Shown: one piece after another, positions 45,987-55,412 of the stretch
Position numbering within the stretch: the first letter of the stretch is position 1
Layout of the letters: each line of letters starts with the position of its first letter
From: a virus
Lineage: Duplodnaviria > Caudoviricetes
IMG/VR virus record: IMGVR_UViG_3300011559_000001
Span: 192,001 to 256,000 of that record
Length of the DNA: 64,000 nt
Reading direction: 5' to 3' (one strand)
The notes under the pieces: generated by a model
What the model saw: only the letters and a program-made list of their open reading frames with translations
What the model was told of the DNA's origin: nothing
Databases searched by the model: none
Program-made: the position numbers and the translations under genes

Positions 45987-47555
45987 ATGAAAATCAGTGC
46001 AGTAGCGGCCCCCAACTCTGGCTTGAGCATGATCAAGCTGGAACACAAGGGCAGGTTCAACACGTGGGACGTGTCCAGCACGTACTCGCGCACGCAAAAC
46101 AGCAACAAGGAGAAAGAGGAGGAAATCGACACCGCCACTCTCTTCGCCGAAATCAATGACTACTGGGCCAGCCTCTCTCCCGAGCGGCAGGATGGTATCT
46201 TCGAGACCTACCAGAGCATCAGCGAAATCTTCGAGGCCGACTACCAGCTGGAAACGGCCACCAACAAGCTGCGCCAGAAAGTGGCGCTGCTGTACAACTA
46301 CCAGCCGCTGGGCGAGATCCAGCACTTCTTGAAGTTCCACGCTGACATCCAGTATCCGTCTTCGGTGCGCGAGAGCTTGGACAGTGCCAACAGCAATAGC
46401 CGTGCAGAGCGTACGTACCTGCGCAGCGATTACTTCGGCCTGGTTTCCCTTGCGGTGGCCCTGCGCCCGATGATTCCGATCTGGGGCCAGTTCATCGAGC
46501 ACTCCCGCCGAGAACTCGGGAACAACTACAAGGAGTACATGGCCTTTGGTCTGCTGAAGAATACCCAGCTGGCCCGTTGCCATGAACTGGAGCGCCTGCG
46601 CGAGTTCATCCATTCCTCGATCGCCAGTCAGACCACCGGCGATAAGACCTTCACCACCGTCCTCGGTGGCCTGGGTACGGAGGAACTGCCGGTGTGGCTG
46701 ATGGCCATGACCGCCGTGCGTCGTCTGGCTTCCTCGACCGTTTCCGGTCCGGGTGACAGCGTCAACCTGATCGCCAAGGTCCACTACTACGTGGACAGCA
46801 AGATGAAGTCGCTGGACCGGGACTTCGGACGCGCCTTCGGTGGTAAGGTGTCGGAGAAGAAGCAGACCGGCAGCGCTGATGGCGACAACACCTCCCACGT
46901 GGAGATGTACAAGATCAAACCGGACATCTCTGACGGTGACATTGTCAGCCTGAACGTCTACGCTGAAGATCCGTATCGACTGCTGGCTGCACGCGAGCCG
47001 TCGGTGCCGGTGGATTACCTGGAGCAGTGCCTGGCCGTGACCAGGAAGCTGGACCAACAGGACATCCAGCCACATCAGCTGTGGTTGATCAAGTGGGCGA
47101 TCTACCCGACCCTGCCGCCGCGGGGCATCGACGTGATCACCATCGAACCGCTGCTGAACTGCATGGCCGTTGCGCAGGCTGTGCTGTGGCACTGGGGCTT
47201 CTTCGATCTGGCTGCGATGATCACTGCGACCCCGCAGATGACCACTGATGACCTGCTGATCGGCATGTCGGAAAACCGCTCCCGCATTCCCAAGGAACAT
47301 CTGGGTCGGATGCAGGAGAACTACCCCTACACCCTGCCGGTGAAGAAGAATCAGTCTGCCCGCCAAGGCAACGTTGCGGCCCGCGCCGTTGACAAGCTGG
47401 CTGACATTCTCACGCGCAGCGACTGGATCCTCAACGCACCGCCTGCGTTGGTGGCAAAGACCAGCCGTATCGGCAATTCTCGTACGCTGAGCGCTCCGCC
47501 GGATCTGAAGATCCAGTTGAGCAATCTGCTCGAGCACCCCAACTTCGCAAAGTGA
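45987..47555 (+). CDS. Non-virion RNAP promoter-specificity subunit (phiKZ gp68-like)
   Basis: 522 aa; TYLRSDY, PIWGQFI and AQAVLWHWG segments; synteny. Confidence 0.72.
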   Translation: MKISAVAAPNSGLSMIKLEHKGRFNTWDVSSTYSRTQNSNKEKEEEIDTATLFAEINDYWASLSPERQDGIFETYQSISEIFEADYQLETATNKLRQKVALLYNYQPLGEIQHFLKFHADIQYPSSVRESLDSANSNSRAERTYLRSDYFGLVSLAVALRPMIPIWGQFIEHSRRELGNNYKEYMAFGLLKNTQLARCHELERLREFIHSSIASQTTGDKTFTTVLGGLGTEELPVWLMAMTAVRRLASSTVSGPGDSVNLIAKVHYYVDSKMKSLDRDFGRAFGGKVSEKKQTGSADGDNTSHVEMYKIKPDISDGDIVSLNVYAEDPYRLLAAREPSVPVDYLEQCLAVTRKLDQQDIQPHQLWLIKWAIYPTLPPRGIDVITIEPLLNCMAVAQAVLWHWGFFDLAAMITATPQMTTDDLLIGMSENRSRIPKEHLGRMQENYPYTLPVKKNQSARQGNVAARAVDKLADILTRSDWILNAPPALVAKTSRIGNSRTLSAPPDLKIQLSNLLEHPNFAK

Positions 47556-47568
47556 GTCGAGACTTACA

Positions 47569-49059
47569 ATGAAAATCAACAAGATGATCCTGCTCGAAAT
47601 GGGCACCTTCGACGAACAGTACCAGCGCCCGTTCCAGGCGTACGTCGACGGTACGTCCATGGCGGCCCTGCAGGAGGCCACGCACTACGGTCAGAACCTG
47701 ACCCCGGCCGCTCTGGGCGCAGTCGGTGCGGACATCATGCGCGTTTCGGCAACCACCACCGGTACTGCGGCCATCGCCAATGGCTTTGACACCGGCCGCC
47801 TGTGCTTCATGATGGAAGTGGAGTTCCCGGGCACCGCCGGGATGGTGGCTGTGGAGTGGCTGCTGGGCTACACCGATCACGTCGGTGTCCAGCAGTCCGC
47901 CTTCGGTGGCGGACTGGTGTTCGACAAGAACATGCGCCTGTTCTTCAACAACGTGATGAAGGGCCGTCGTGTCGCCAATGCCAACGCCTTCGGTCGTGGC
48001 ACGCACACCAACGTCAGCGGGTCCTACCAGCTGATCAACCACGACTTCCGCGCCAACATCAACAACCTGCAGCACCAGCCGCGTCTGATGCGTCCGCAGG
48101 ACGTGTTCTACTCCTGGTCGATGGCCAACCAGCGTCACCTGCTGGGCGACGAGCTCCAAGACGTGCGTTCCACCCATGGTCCGGAACGCGTACAGGTGTC
48201 CAACCGCCAGAATGTCGTGCCGGGTCAGTACCTGTCGCGCATGCTGGAGACCTGGCGTACCCAGTCGGTTCTGGACGAAGTGGACTCCGGTTCGCTGAAC
48301 TCCCAGATGGGTGCTTCGGTGGCTGAGCCGACGATCTCGCGCCTGCGTTCGCTGCAGGAGCTGTCGTTGGTGTCCGAACTGCGTGCAGGTGGCTCCATGA
48401 CGTGGGGTCAGCTCCTGCAGGCCGAAGACACCGGCCGCCTGGAGGACATCGTGATGGTGGTGCTGGCCCAGTCCCAGCAGTACCGCAACAACCTGGCCCA
48501 GCGCGGCGCCTACGAAGGTTGGCACGGCAATGGCAACCACACCCTGATCGCCAACCAGATCGTCCAGTCGGTGCCGGGTGTGATGCTGCAGCTGATGCTG
48601 ACCGAACTGGACTTCTCGGTCACCAACCAGACGCTCAACGGCGAATGGGAAGTGCTGTTTGAGAACGTACAGTCCTTCAACGATGGCGACAAGGTGCAGC
48701 AGATGCACGCCTTCCGCGCCAAGCTGACCAACGAGCTGATGTCGGGTATCTCCCGCGGCGGCTTGATCCCGATGGAAATCCACGCCAGCTTCAACGTCGT
48801 GGGTCAGACCTTTGTCCAGGTCAGCATCGATGGTGGTCCGTTCACTCCGTTCATGGCCCCCAGCTTCTGCGACGGGCTCTTCTCCAACATCCGCTCGCCC
48901 GACGCCACCACGTTGGACCGCTTTGCTGACAACCTGAACAAGATCACCACCAGCTTGCAGCAGGATTCCTCCGCCGGCGGCTTCGGCTACGAGCCGAACG
49001 ACAGCCAGTTCACTCCTTCCATCATCGGTAACAACTATGAAAATCAGGGATCTCTATAA
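47569..49059 (+). CDS. picA: Probable nuclear import factor PicA/Imp1 (phiKZ gp69-like)
   Basis: 496 aa right after the gp68-like gene; GT..EQY.RP, GYTD, RPQDVF and PSFCD motifs. Confidence 0.65.
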   Translation: MKINKMILLEMGTFDEQYQRPFQAYVDGTSMAALQEATHYGQNLTPAALGAVGADIMRVSATTTGTAAIANGFDTGRLCFMMEVEFPGTAGMVAVEWLLGYTDHVGVQQSAFGGGLVFDKNMRLFFNNVMKGRRVANANAFGRGTHTNVSGSYQLINHDFRANINNLQHQPRLMRPQDVFYSWSMANQRHLLGDELQDVRSTHGPERVQVSNRQNVVPGQYLSRMLETWRTQSVLDEVDSGSLNSQMGASVAEPTISRLRSLQELSLVSELRAGGSMTWGQLLQAEDTGRLEDIVMVVLAQSQQYRNNLAQRGAYEGWHGNGNHTLIANQIVQSVPGVMLQLMLTELDFSVTNQTLNGEWEVLFENVQSFNDGDKVQQMHAFRAKLTNELMSGISRGGLIPMEIHASFNVVGQTFVQVSIDGGPFTPFMAPSFCDGLFSNIRSPDATTLDRFADNLNKITTSLQQDSSAGGFGYEPNDSQFTPSIIGNNYENQGSL

Positions 49060-50206
49060 ATCCATCCTCGAGGCTGTCGGCGCCACCATCAACGACGAAG
49101 GCCTGATCTCCATGCTGGTACCGGATTCCGATCCGGTGCCGATGCAGGTCAGCGACAAGCGTCTGGCGATGCCGCACGACAAGCTGCTCAACCAGGGTGC
49201 CTTCAACTCCGACGGTGGTCTGATCGCCTTCCATCCGATGTGTGAGAACGTCGTGCTGGAAACCTCGCCGGTGTTGGAAGCGTTGGAAAAGGCCATGCTG
49301 TTCCGCCTGACCTACATCCTGCGCGAACTGATCATGCAGCTCACCGCCGTGGCTGCTGACTCCAAGCAGCACAAGAAGCTGAAGATGGCCGCCCACGGTC
49401 TGCTCTCGGCGCTGCCGACGGCCGACGAGAAGACCCGCGATGCCTTCATCAAGGTGATGGAGAACACCAGCGTGATCGGCACCAAGAAGCTGATCTCGCT
49501 GTACACCCGCAAGGGCGGCACCTACGCTGGCGAAAAGGTCAGCCGTCTGGGCCGGTTCTTCCCCTCGATCATCGATCAGCTGGACGAGAAGGAACGCACC
49601 CTGCTGGGTGTGAACCTGCGCAAGGCCGACGTGGCTGCCTTCCCGGCACTGCTGCAGTACCTGCTGCCGGACTTCCGTGATCCGGACCAGTACGCCGCCC
49701 CGTCCAACAGCCAGGTGGCTCCGACCTTCCAGGCGCTGGTGAAGACCTACGCCAAGGTGGCCAAGCAGCTGAACAAGGTCGTGGCACTGCATGCCGACCA
49801 CCTGTCCAACGCCGACTCGCTGACGATCGACGTGGAATGGCTGGACGCGGTGCAGGACCTGTCCAAGTACCGCGAGCTGATCCCGGTGCTGCCGGGCAAC
49901 GACGGCGCCGATGGCACGAAGAATGCCAAGGCTACCGGCGCAGCCAAGCCGGCCAATGCACCCGTCGGTTACGGTCAGCCGGCACAGCCGGCGATCAACC
50001 GCAGTAGCAATGGCGTGAACGTGGATGATGCCCTGCGCGCAGTGATGCCGCAGCGTGCCTTCAACCCGCGTGCACAGACCGGCTGGGGCAGTGCTCGTCA
50101 GGATCCGGAAGCCGATCTGCCGCCGTGGGCTCGCACCCAGCAGCAGACCCAGTTCACCGCCCGCAGCGGTGCCTGGGGCAACACCGGCGGTACCGGGTCG
50201 CTGTAA
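49037..50206 (+). CDS. Conserved chimallivirus protein (phiKZ gp70-like)
   Basis: LYKSIL, AFHPMCEN.V..TS and IP.LPGNDG motifs; disordered tail. Confidence 0.65.
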   Translation: MKIRDLYKSILEAVGATINDEGLISMLVPDSDPVPMQVSDKRLAMPHDKLLNQGAFNSDGGLIAFHPMCENVVLETSPVLEALEKAMLFRLTYILRELIMQLTAVAADSKQHKKLKMAAHGLLSALPTADEKTRDAFIKVMENTSVIGTKKLISLYTRKGGTYAGEKVSRLGRFFPSIIDQLDEKERTLLGVNLRKADVAAFPALLQYLLPDFRDPDQYAAPSNSQVAPTFQALVKTYAKVAKQLNKVVALHADHLSNADSLTIDVEWLDAVQDLSKYRELIPVLPGNDGADGTKNAKATGAAKPANAPVGYGQPAQPAINRSSNGVNVDDALRAVMPQRAFNPRAQTGWGSARQDPEADLPPWARTQQQTQFTARSGAWGNTGGTGSL

Positions 50207-50207
50207 G

Positions 50208-50244
50208 GCGGCATAAAGCGAGGGCCCCCATCGGGGCCCTCGCT
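50208..50244. terminator. Hairpin between convergent genes
   Basis: GCGGCATAA-AGCGAGGGCCCC-CATC-GGGGCCCTCGCT. Confidence 0.8.
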
Positions 50245-50248
50245 CAGG

Positions 50249-50596
50249 TCAGGTAATTTTCTTCTGTCCGGTCAACGACACCGCCACCAGCTGTTGCAAG
50301 GTGGAACGTGCCGGAATCATCACCGTCACCGCTTCACCGTTGTACGCCGTCGACGAATACAGCCCGTTCACGCGCATCACAGTCCAGTGCATGTAACGCG
50401 GGATGTTCAACTCCGTCAACGCACCGAAGAAGTCACCTTCGTATTTGTACCCCAACTGGGGAGTGATCGCCACGACCTCCATTTCGGTGGAGGACCGCAA
50501 CCACGTCAGATGGGATTCCACCAGAAGGCGCCAGGCTTTGGTGTAGTAAACATCAGAACCTGAATCGCCCATCTCGTTGAGAACCGACATGGCCAT
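50249..50596 (-). CDS. Small conserved protein, possibly LysM/baseplate-wedge-like
   Basis: YKYEGDFFG.L...HWTVMRVNG...VMIP pattern; GAGG RBS. Confidence 0.55.
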   Translation of the reverse strand: MAMSVLNEMGDSGSDVYYTKAWRLLVESHLTWLRSSTEMEVVAITPQLGYKYEGDFFGALTELNIPRYMHWTVMRVNGLYSSTAYNGEAVTVMIPARSTLQQLVAVSLTGQKKIT

Positions 50597-50707
50597 GGAA
50601 CACACCTCAAAGTTATTTCGTATACATACTATTCCTTAGTAGGGTGACACCTACCAAGCCTGCTCCGCCTAGCAGATTGCTGTAACCAGCTTGAGGATTC
50701 AACACCA

Positions 50708-53155
50708 ATGTTCAACTACCCCGTAAACGAGCACCGCGCAGAGCTGGCCTCGTCAGGTGGCTGGAACCCCCAGATCCAACACGACTCGTCCGCTCGTGTG
50801 CAGATGATGGGCAGCCACCTCAGCCAGGCCTTGCCGGTCATCGGATGCGAAATCCGCCGTATTCTCACCGGCATGGAGCGCGAGTTCGGTCGCGCTACGT
50901 TCGACATCTCACTTCCCTGCGATGCTGAGATCGTCAAGGTAATCCAGAAGTACCCGCCGACCATCGGCGCAGGTGGCATCAAGAAGAATCCGACGACTGC
51001 GATCGTCTACATGGATGCCAACACCAAGACCTTCGACATCTTGGAGTTCAACAACTACCACTGCATGCATCAGCACTTCGGTTTCAACTACGTGCTGACC
51101 AAGGACATGAAGCGCATCGTTCCGGGCGCTCGCATTCCGGCCGGTACCGTGCTGGGCCGTTCGCCCACGCTGGATGAGCAGGGCAACTATCGCCTGGGTA
51201 CCAACCCGCGCGTGGCCATGATGTCCCTGCCGGGTATCATTGAGGACGGCGTGATTGCATCGCGCAGTTACTGCAAGGCCAACACCACCCACTGCATCGA
51301 AAGTCGTGATCGCAGCTGGGGCAAGAACTGGTTCCCACTGAACCTGTACGGCACCGATGAGATCTACAAGCCGTTCCCGGACATCGGTGACACCATTCGT
51401 GAAGACGGACTGATCTTTGCCTTGCGGCGCGCGCCGCAGGACGATGACATCATTCTGGCGCCGCTGATGATGTCCAAGGCCGCACTGCGCGAAGTGGACT
51501 ACTTCTTCGACCGTTGCGAATACGGCCACCCCGGTGCCACGGTGACCAATATCACCGTCCGCCATGACGATCGACAGACACCGCCCACCCCGCCGGGGAT
51601 GGAGGTGCAGACCATGAAGTACTACCGTGCTGAGTGCCTGTACCATCAGTCGATCCTGGATTGCCACCGGATGCTCTCCGGCCGCCATCGTGAGCACCTG
51701 CAGATCAGTCCGAAGTTCCAGGCCATGCTGCGCGAAGCACGCATGTACCTGCCGTGCCCGATCCGTTCCAAGTCCACCCAGATGTACCAGCTGCAACCGC
51801 TGGACGATTGGCGGGTGGATCTGACCTACGAGTACGAATTCGAACCGACCATCGGCTCCAAGGTCACCGGCCTGCACGGCGACAAGGGCGTGATCTGTCA
51901 GGTCTGGGAAGACGAAGACATGCCGGTGGATGCATGGGGCAACCGTGCGGACATCATCGTGGCTGCACTGTCGACCATGGACCGCATGAACATCGGCCGC
52001 CCGATCGAGCATGAAGTCAACGGCTCGATGGAAATGCTCACCGAGGCGATCCGTGAATCGCTCAACTGGCCGGCCGATCCGTCCAACCCGCAGCGTGAGT
52101 ATGCCACCGCGCAGATCCATGCGAACATGGCCCGGCGCAACTACCCCAAGCCGGCCGCCCAGCGTAAGTACGAGGAAATCGTCGAACGCATTGGCGGTGA
52201 CCCGGACAAGGCCTTTGCCGAACTGCTGAACTTCTACGAGCTGGCATCGCCGAAGATGCGCGCTCTGTTTGACAGTCCGGACTACAAGGGCAATCGCGAC
52301 TACCACCTCCAGCAGGTCCTCAAGGATGGCATCTATCTCTGGGTGCCGCTGGATTCACCCAAGCCGTGGGTGCATGTGGAGTGGGACGAAACCGACTTCA
52401 ACCGCGACGAATACGAAGCGGCCAAGGCGATCTACGAGGCCAAGGGTGATAGCGACCCGGATGCCATGATGCCCACGATGGATACCTACGGCGCCCGCTT
52501 CGTACGTTGGGGCGGTGTGGTGGGTGACCTGACTGAGCATTACCCGGCGCGTCGTGCACCGGTGTGGTTCCGTGGTCGCTCGGGTAACGAGTCGGTGACC
52601 ACCGATCCGATCATGATTGCCCGTACGTACATGGTGTTGCTGGAAAAGACCGGTTCGGATTGGTCTGGTGTGGCCTCGGCCCGCCATCAGCATTACGGTC
52701 TGCCGGCCAAGCTCTCCAAGCAGGACAAGTACTCCTTGCCGGCGCGAGCCAACCCGGTGCGTATCTTCGGTGAGGCCGAAGTGCGACTGACCACCACCGC
52801 CACGCAGGATGACGTGGTGTCTGAAATGATGGAGATGTCCAACAGCCCGGCTGCCCACAAGAACGTGGTGGCCAATATCTTGCGGGCCCTGCGTCCGTCG
52901 GATATTGAAGACGTGCTCGATCGTAATGTGATCGCACACGGCTCCAACCGTGCTCAGATGTTTGTCAATCATGCCCTGCATTGTGCCGGGTTCCAACTCG
53001 TCTACGTCGATCACACCGACGAAGAAGAGATCTACCCTGCAGATCCGATCGGCATTCGTGCTGACTTGGGCTTGCCGGAGATCGAAGACGATGAGGACGA
53101 TGACGGCGAAGAGACCGAGGGCGACGAAGAACCCACCGACGACTCCGACGAATAA
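50708..53155 (+). CDS. Non-virion RNA polymerase beta C-terminal subunit (phiKZ gp71-73-like)
   Basis: SSARVQM, IEDG, GSKVTGLHGDKGVI, RMNIG and RIFGEAE motifs; acidic tail. Confidence 0.9.
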   Translation: MFNYPVNEHRAELASSGGWNPQIQHDSSARVQMMGSHLSQALPVIGCEIRRILTGMEREFGRATFDISLPCDAEIVKVIQKYPPTIGAGGIKKNPTTAIVYMDANTKTFDILEFNNYHCMHQHFGFNYVLTKDMKRIVPGARIPAGTVLGRSPTLDEQGNYRLGTNPRVAMMSLPGIIEDGVIASRSYCKANTTHCIESRDRSWGKNWFPLNLYGTDEIYKPFPDIGDTIREDGLIFALRRAPQDDDIILAPLMMSKAALREVDYFFDRCEYGHPGATVTNITVRHDDRQTPPTPPGMEVQTMKYYRAECLYHQSILDCHRMLSGRHREHLQISPKFQAMLREARMYLPCPIRSKSTQMYQLQPLDDWRVDLTYEYEFEPTIGSKVTGLHGDKGVICQVWEDEDMPVDAWGNRADIIVAALSTMDRMNIGRPIEHEVNGSMEMLTEAIRESLNWPADPSNPQREYATAQIHANMARRNYPKPAAQRKYEEIVERIGGDPDKAFAELLNFYELASPKMRALFDSPDYKGNRDYHLQQVLKDGIYLWVPLDSPKPWVHVEWDETDFNRDEYEAAKAIYEAKGDSDPDAMMPTMDTYGARFVRWGGVVGDLTEHYPARRAPVWFRGRSGNESVTTDPIMIARTYMVLLEKTGSDWSGVASARHQHYGLPAKLSKQDKYSLPARANPVRIFGEAEVRLTTTATQDDVVSEMMEMSNSPAAHKNVVANILRALRPSDIEDVLDRNVIAHGSNRAQMFVNHALHCAGFQLVYVDHTDEEEIYPADPIGIRADLGLPEIEDDEDDDGEETEGDEEPTDDSDE

Positions 53156-53167
53156 CGAGGTCAGATA

Positions 53168-55129
53168 ATGCAATCCATCCATGCGCGCCAGTTGGCAGCA
53201 ATGCCAAAGGACCAACTCTGGGCGCTCCCGGACGAAGATCTGATCATCGTGTTTGACGACGGGGAACTCGTCAGTGATCAGCGCAAGGCCATCTTCTCGG
53301 CGTACATGTGGGGGCTCTACAACGTGCTCCCCAATGCGCCGGCGAAGAAAAGCCATTTCATCGGCGATCAACGGGTGGGTACGGATACCCACCTGAAGAT
53401 GATCAACAAGGTACGTTGGGATGCCCAGGATGCCTACGAGGCAGCCGGCCACCCGCTCAACGGCGAAGAGCTGTCGCGCGAGTGTCTGATCCTGGTCAAC
53501 GACTACTACAACGACATGACCGAACGGCTCGAGCCGGAAGTGACGTCGCTGGGTATGCTCGACATCATCGAGGTGATGGCCCATCCGGAAGTGTTGGACG
53601 TGAACCAGAACGTGTCGAGTGCGGACAAGTCCATTGTCCATGCTCACCGTACGATCGAGCGGGTCCTCAAGGACCCACGTGAGCTGGATACCAACATCCT
53701 GGCTCGTTCGGTTCGCAGTGGTCTGGTCAAGATCGGTCAGGTGTTGCAGTGCGTCGGTCCTCGCGGATCGGTCACCGACATCGACTCCAACATCTTCCCC
53801 TACCCCACCCAGACCGGCTTCGCCGCTGGTCTCTACCGGTTCTACGACAGCTTCATCGAGTCGCGTACGGCGGCCAAGTCGCTGACGTTCACCGAAAAGC
53901 CGCTGCAGGATACCGAGTACTTCAACCGCCGCCTGCAGTTGCTGGCTGCCACGATCTTGGACATCTACGATGGCGACTGCGGTACGCCGGACTACCTGAC
54001 CTGGTATATGGCCGCAGGCGATCTGGCAGCGTTTGCCGGTAAGTACTACCTGTTGCCCGACGGCGACGGGGCACTGGGTGTGATCCAAGACGATGACTGG
54101 TGTCGAAAGAACCTGGTCGGTAAGACGTTGAAGATCCGCTCGGTCCTGCACTGCGATACGCCTGACTCAGGCTTTGTCTGTGCGACCTGTTACGGCGACC
54201 TGCATCGCTCGATCCCCTACGCTACCAACATCGGTCACGTGGCGGCGACTTCGCTGTGTAAGCAGGCCTCCCAGCAGGTGCTGTCGGTCAAGCACTTGGA
54301 TACCTCGGCCAGCTCCTCCGGCCTGCGGTTGTCTGAGTACGAGCAGCGCTTCGTGCGTCTGGGCAATGACCCCAACCTGCTGTTCCTGTCCCAGCGACTG
54401 GAAGGCATGAAGGTCTTCCTGTACGTGCGCAGTGTCGAGGCGGAGCGTCTGTCGGAAGTCAAGGCAGTGGAGAACATCGAGGTTCTGCTGCCCACCCACG
54501 TCAGCTCGCTCACGCAGGTTGGTTTCCGGGTCTACCACAAGGACCGCACCGAGCCGGAGGCAGATCTGGTTCAGGTCTCCAACGGCAGCCGCACCAGCTC
54601 GCTCTCGCGTGAGATGTTGGCCTACCTGCGCCAGCATTCGTGGAACCTGACCAAGGAAGGCGATGTCGAAATCGACCTGACCAACTGGGACGTGGATCAG
54701 CCGCTGTTCTCCACCCCGCGTCGTCAGGAGAACATGCTGGACTACATGGCCACCATTGAGAAGTTCCTCAAGGCGGTCAAGCGTGGTGGACCGGTCAAGT
54801 CCTTGAAGGATTTCGATACGGTCGATGATGCCCTGCGTGGGTTCTTCGAGCTGGTGAGTTCTCGCCTGTTTGTGAACATCGTCCACCAGGAACTGCTGGT
54901 CAAGGCCTGTCAGGTGCGCTCCTCCCGGCACCGTGACTATCGCGTTCCGTTGCGCGGCAACAAGTTGGAGTTCGGCAAGTTCGACTTCAACATCTTCAAC
55001 CGCTCCGACGGCGCTGCGATGGCGTACCAGAACCACAAGCAGCAGTGGAACAACCCGGCGACGTACTTGGTCGACAAGCGCCCGCCGCATCCGCTGGATC
55101 AGATCCTTCTGCCCAGGCCGCGCAAATGA
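53168..55129 (+). CDS. Non-virion RNA polymerase beta' C-terminal subunit (phiKZ gp74-like)
   Basis: QCVGPRG, ESRTAAK, YFNRRLQ, GDCGT, VCATCYG and SQQVLSVKH motifs. Confidence 0.9.
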   Translation: MQSIHARQLAAMPKDQLWALPDEDLIIVFDDGELVSDQRKAIFSAYMWGLYNVLPNAPAKKSHFIGDQRVGTDTHLKMINKVRWDAQDAYEAAGHPLNGEELSRECLILVNDYYNDMTERLEPEVTSLGMLDIIEVMAHPEVLDVNQNVSSADKSIVHAHRTIERVLKDPRELDTNILARSVRSGLVKIGQVLQCVGPRGSVTDIDSNIFPYPTQTGFAAGLYRFYDSFIESRTAAKSLTFTEKPLQDTEYFNRRLQLLAATILDIYDGDCGTPDYLTWYMAAGDLAAFAGKYYLLPDGDGALGVIQDDDWCRKNLVGKTLKIRSVLHCDTPDSGFVCATCYGDLHRSIPYATNIGHVAATSLCKQASQQVLSVKHLDTSASSSGLRLSEYEQRFVRLGNDPNLLFLSQRLEGMKVFLYVRSVEAERLSEVKAVENIEVLLPTHVSSLTQVGFRVYHKDRTEPEADLVQVSNGSRTSSLSREMLAYLRQHSWNLTKEGDVEIDLTNWDVDQPLFSTPRRQENMLDYMATIEKFLKAVKRGGPVKSLKDFDTVDDALRGFFELVSSRLFVNIVHQELLVKACQVRSSRHRDYRVPLRGNKLEFGKFDFNIFNRSDGAAMAYQNHKQQWNNPATYLVDKRPPHPLDQILLPRPRK

Positions 55130-55326
55130 GCGGCCTTTATTCCAGGAAGCCGAACATGCCCGAACTGTACGAAAAGCTCAGTGAACTCAGTGGTATCTCC
55201 GCTGAGCGCTTGCAGGAACTGCGTGAAGGGGAAAACGTCCAGATGACGCTGGATGAAACCCAGTTGCTGGCCAACGCGCTGCTGGCCCTGCCGGATCAGC
55301 AGCTTTACGGGTTGGTTGATCTGTAA
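55126..55326 (+). CDS. Small XRE/Cro-like HTH protein
   Basis: ATGA coupling to the RNAP gene; EKLSELSGISAERLQELREG. Confidence 0.55.
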   Translation: MSGLYSRKPNMPELYEKLSELSGISAERLQELREGENVQMTLDETQLLANALLALPDQQLYGLVDL

Positions 55327-55346
55327 GGTAGAAAGTGAAATGATGT

Positions 55347-55385
55347 GACGGTATGGCGGTGGGGTAACTCCCACCGCCCATGCTG
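55347..55385 (+). terminator. Hairpin, possible terminator or processing site
   Basis: GGCGGTGGG-GTAACT-CCCACCGCC-CATGCTG. Confidence 0.5.
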
Positions 55386-55412
55386 AAGGTTATTTTCATT
55401 TGGAGAATAGGA

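Noticed and set aside
36652-53155. Group I introns, homing endonucleases or inteins in the RNAP genes
   Set aside because: ORFs are continuous through the catalytic motifs; no HNH, LAGLIDADG or intein C...HN signatures noticed
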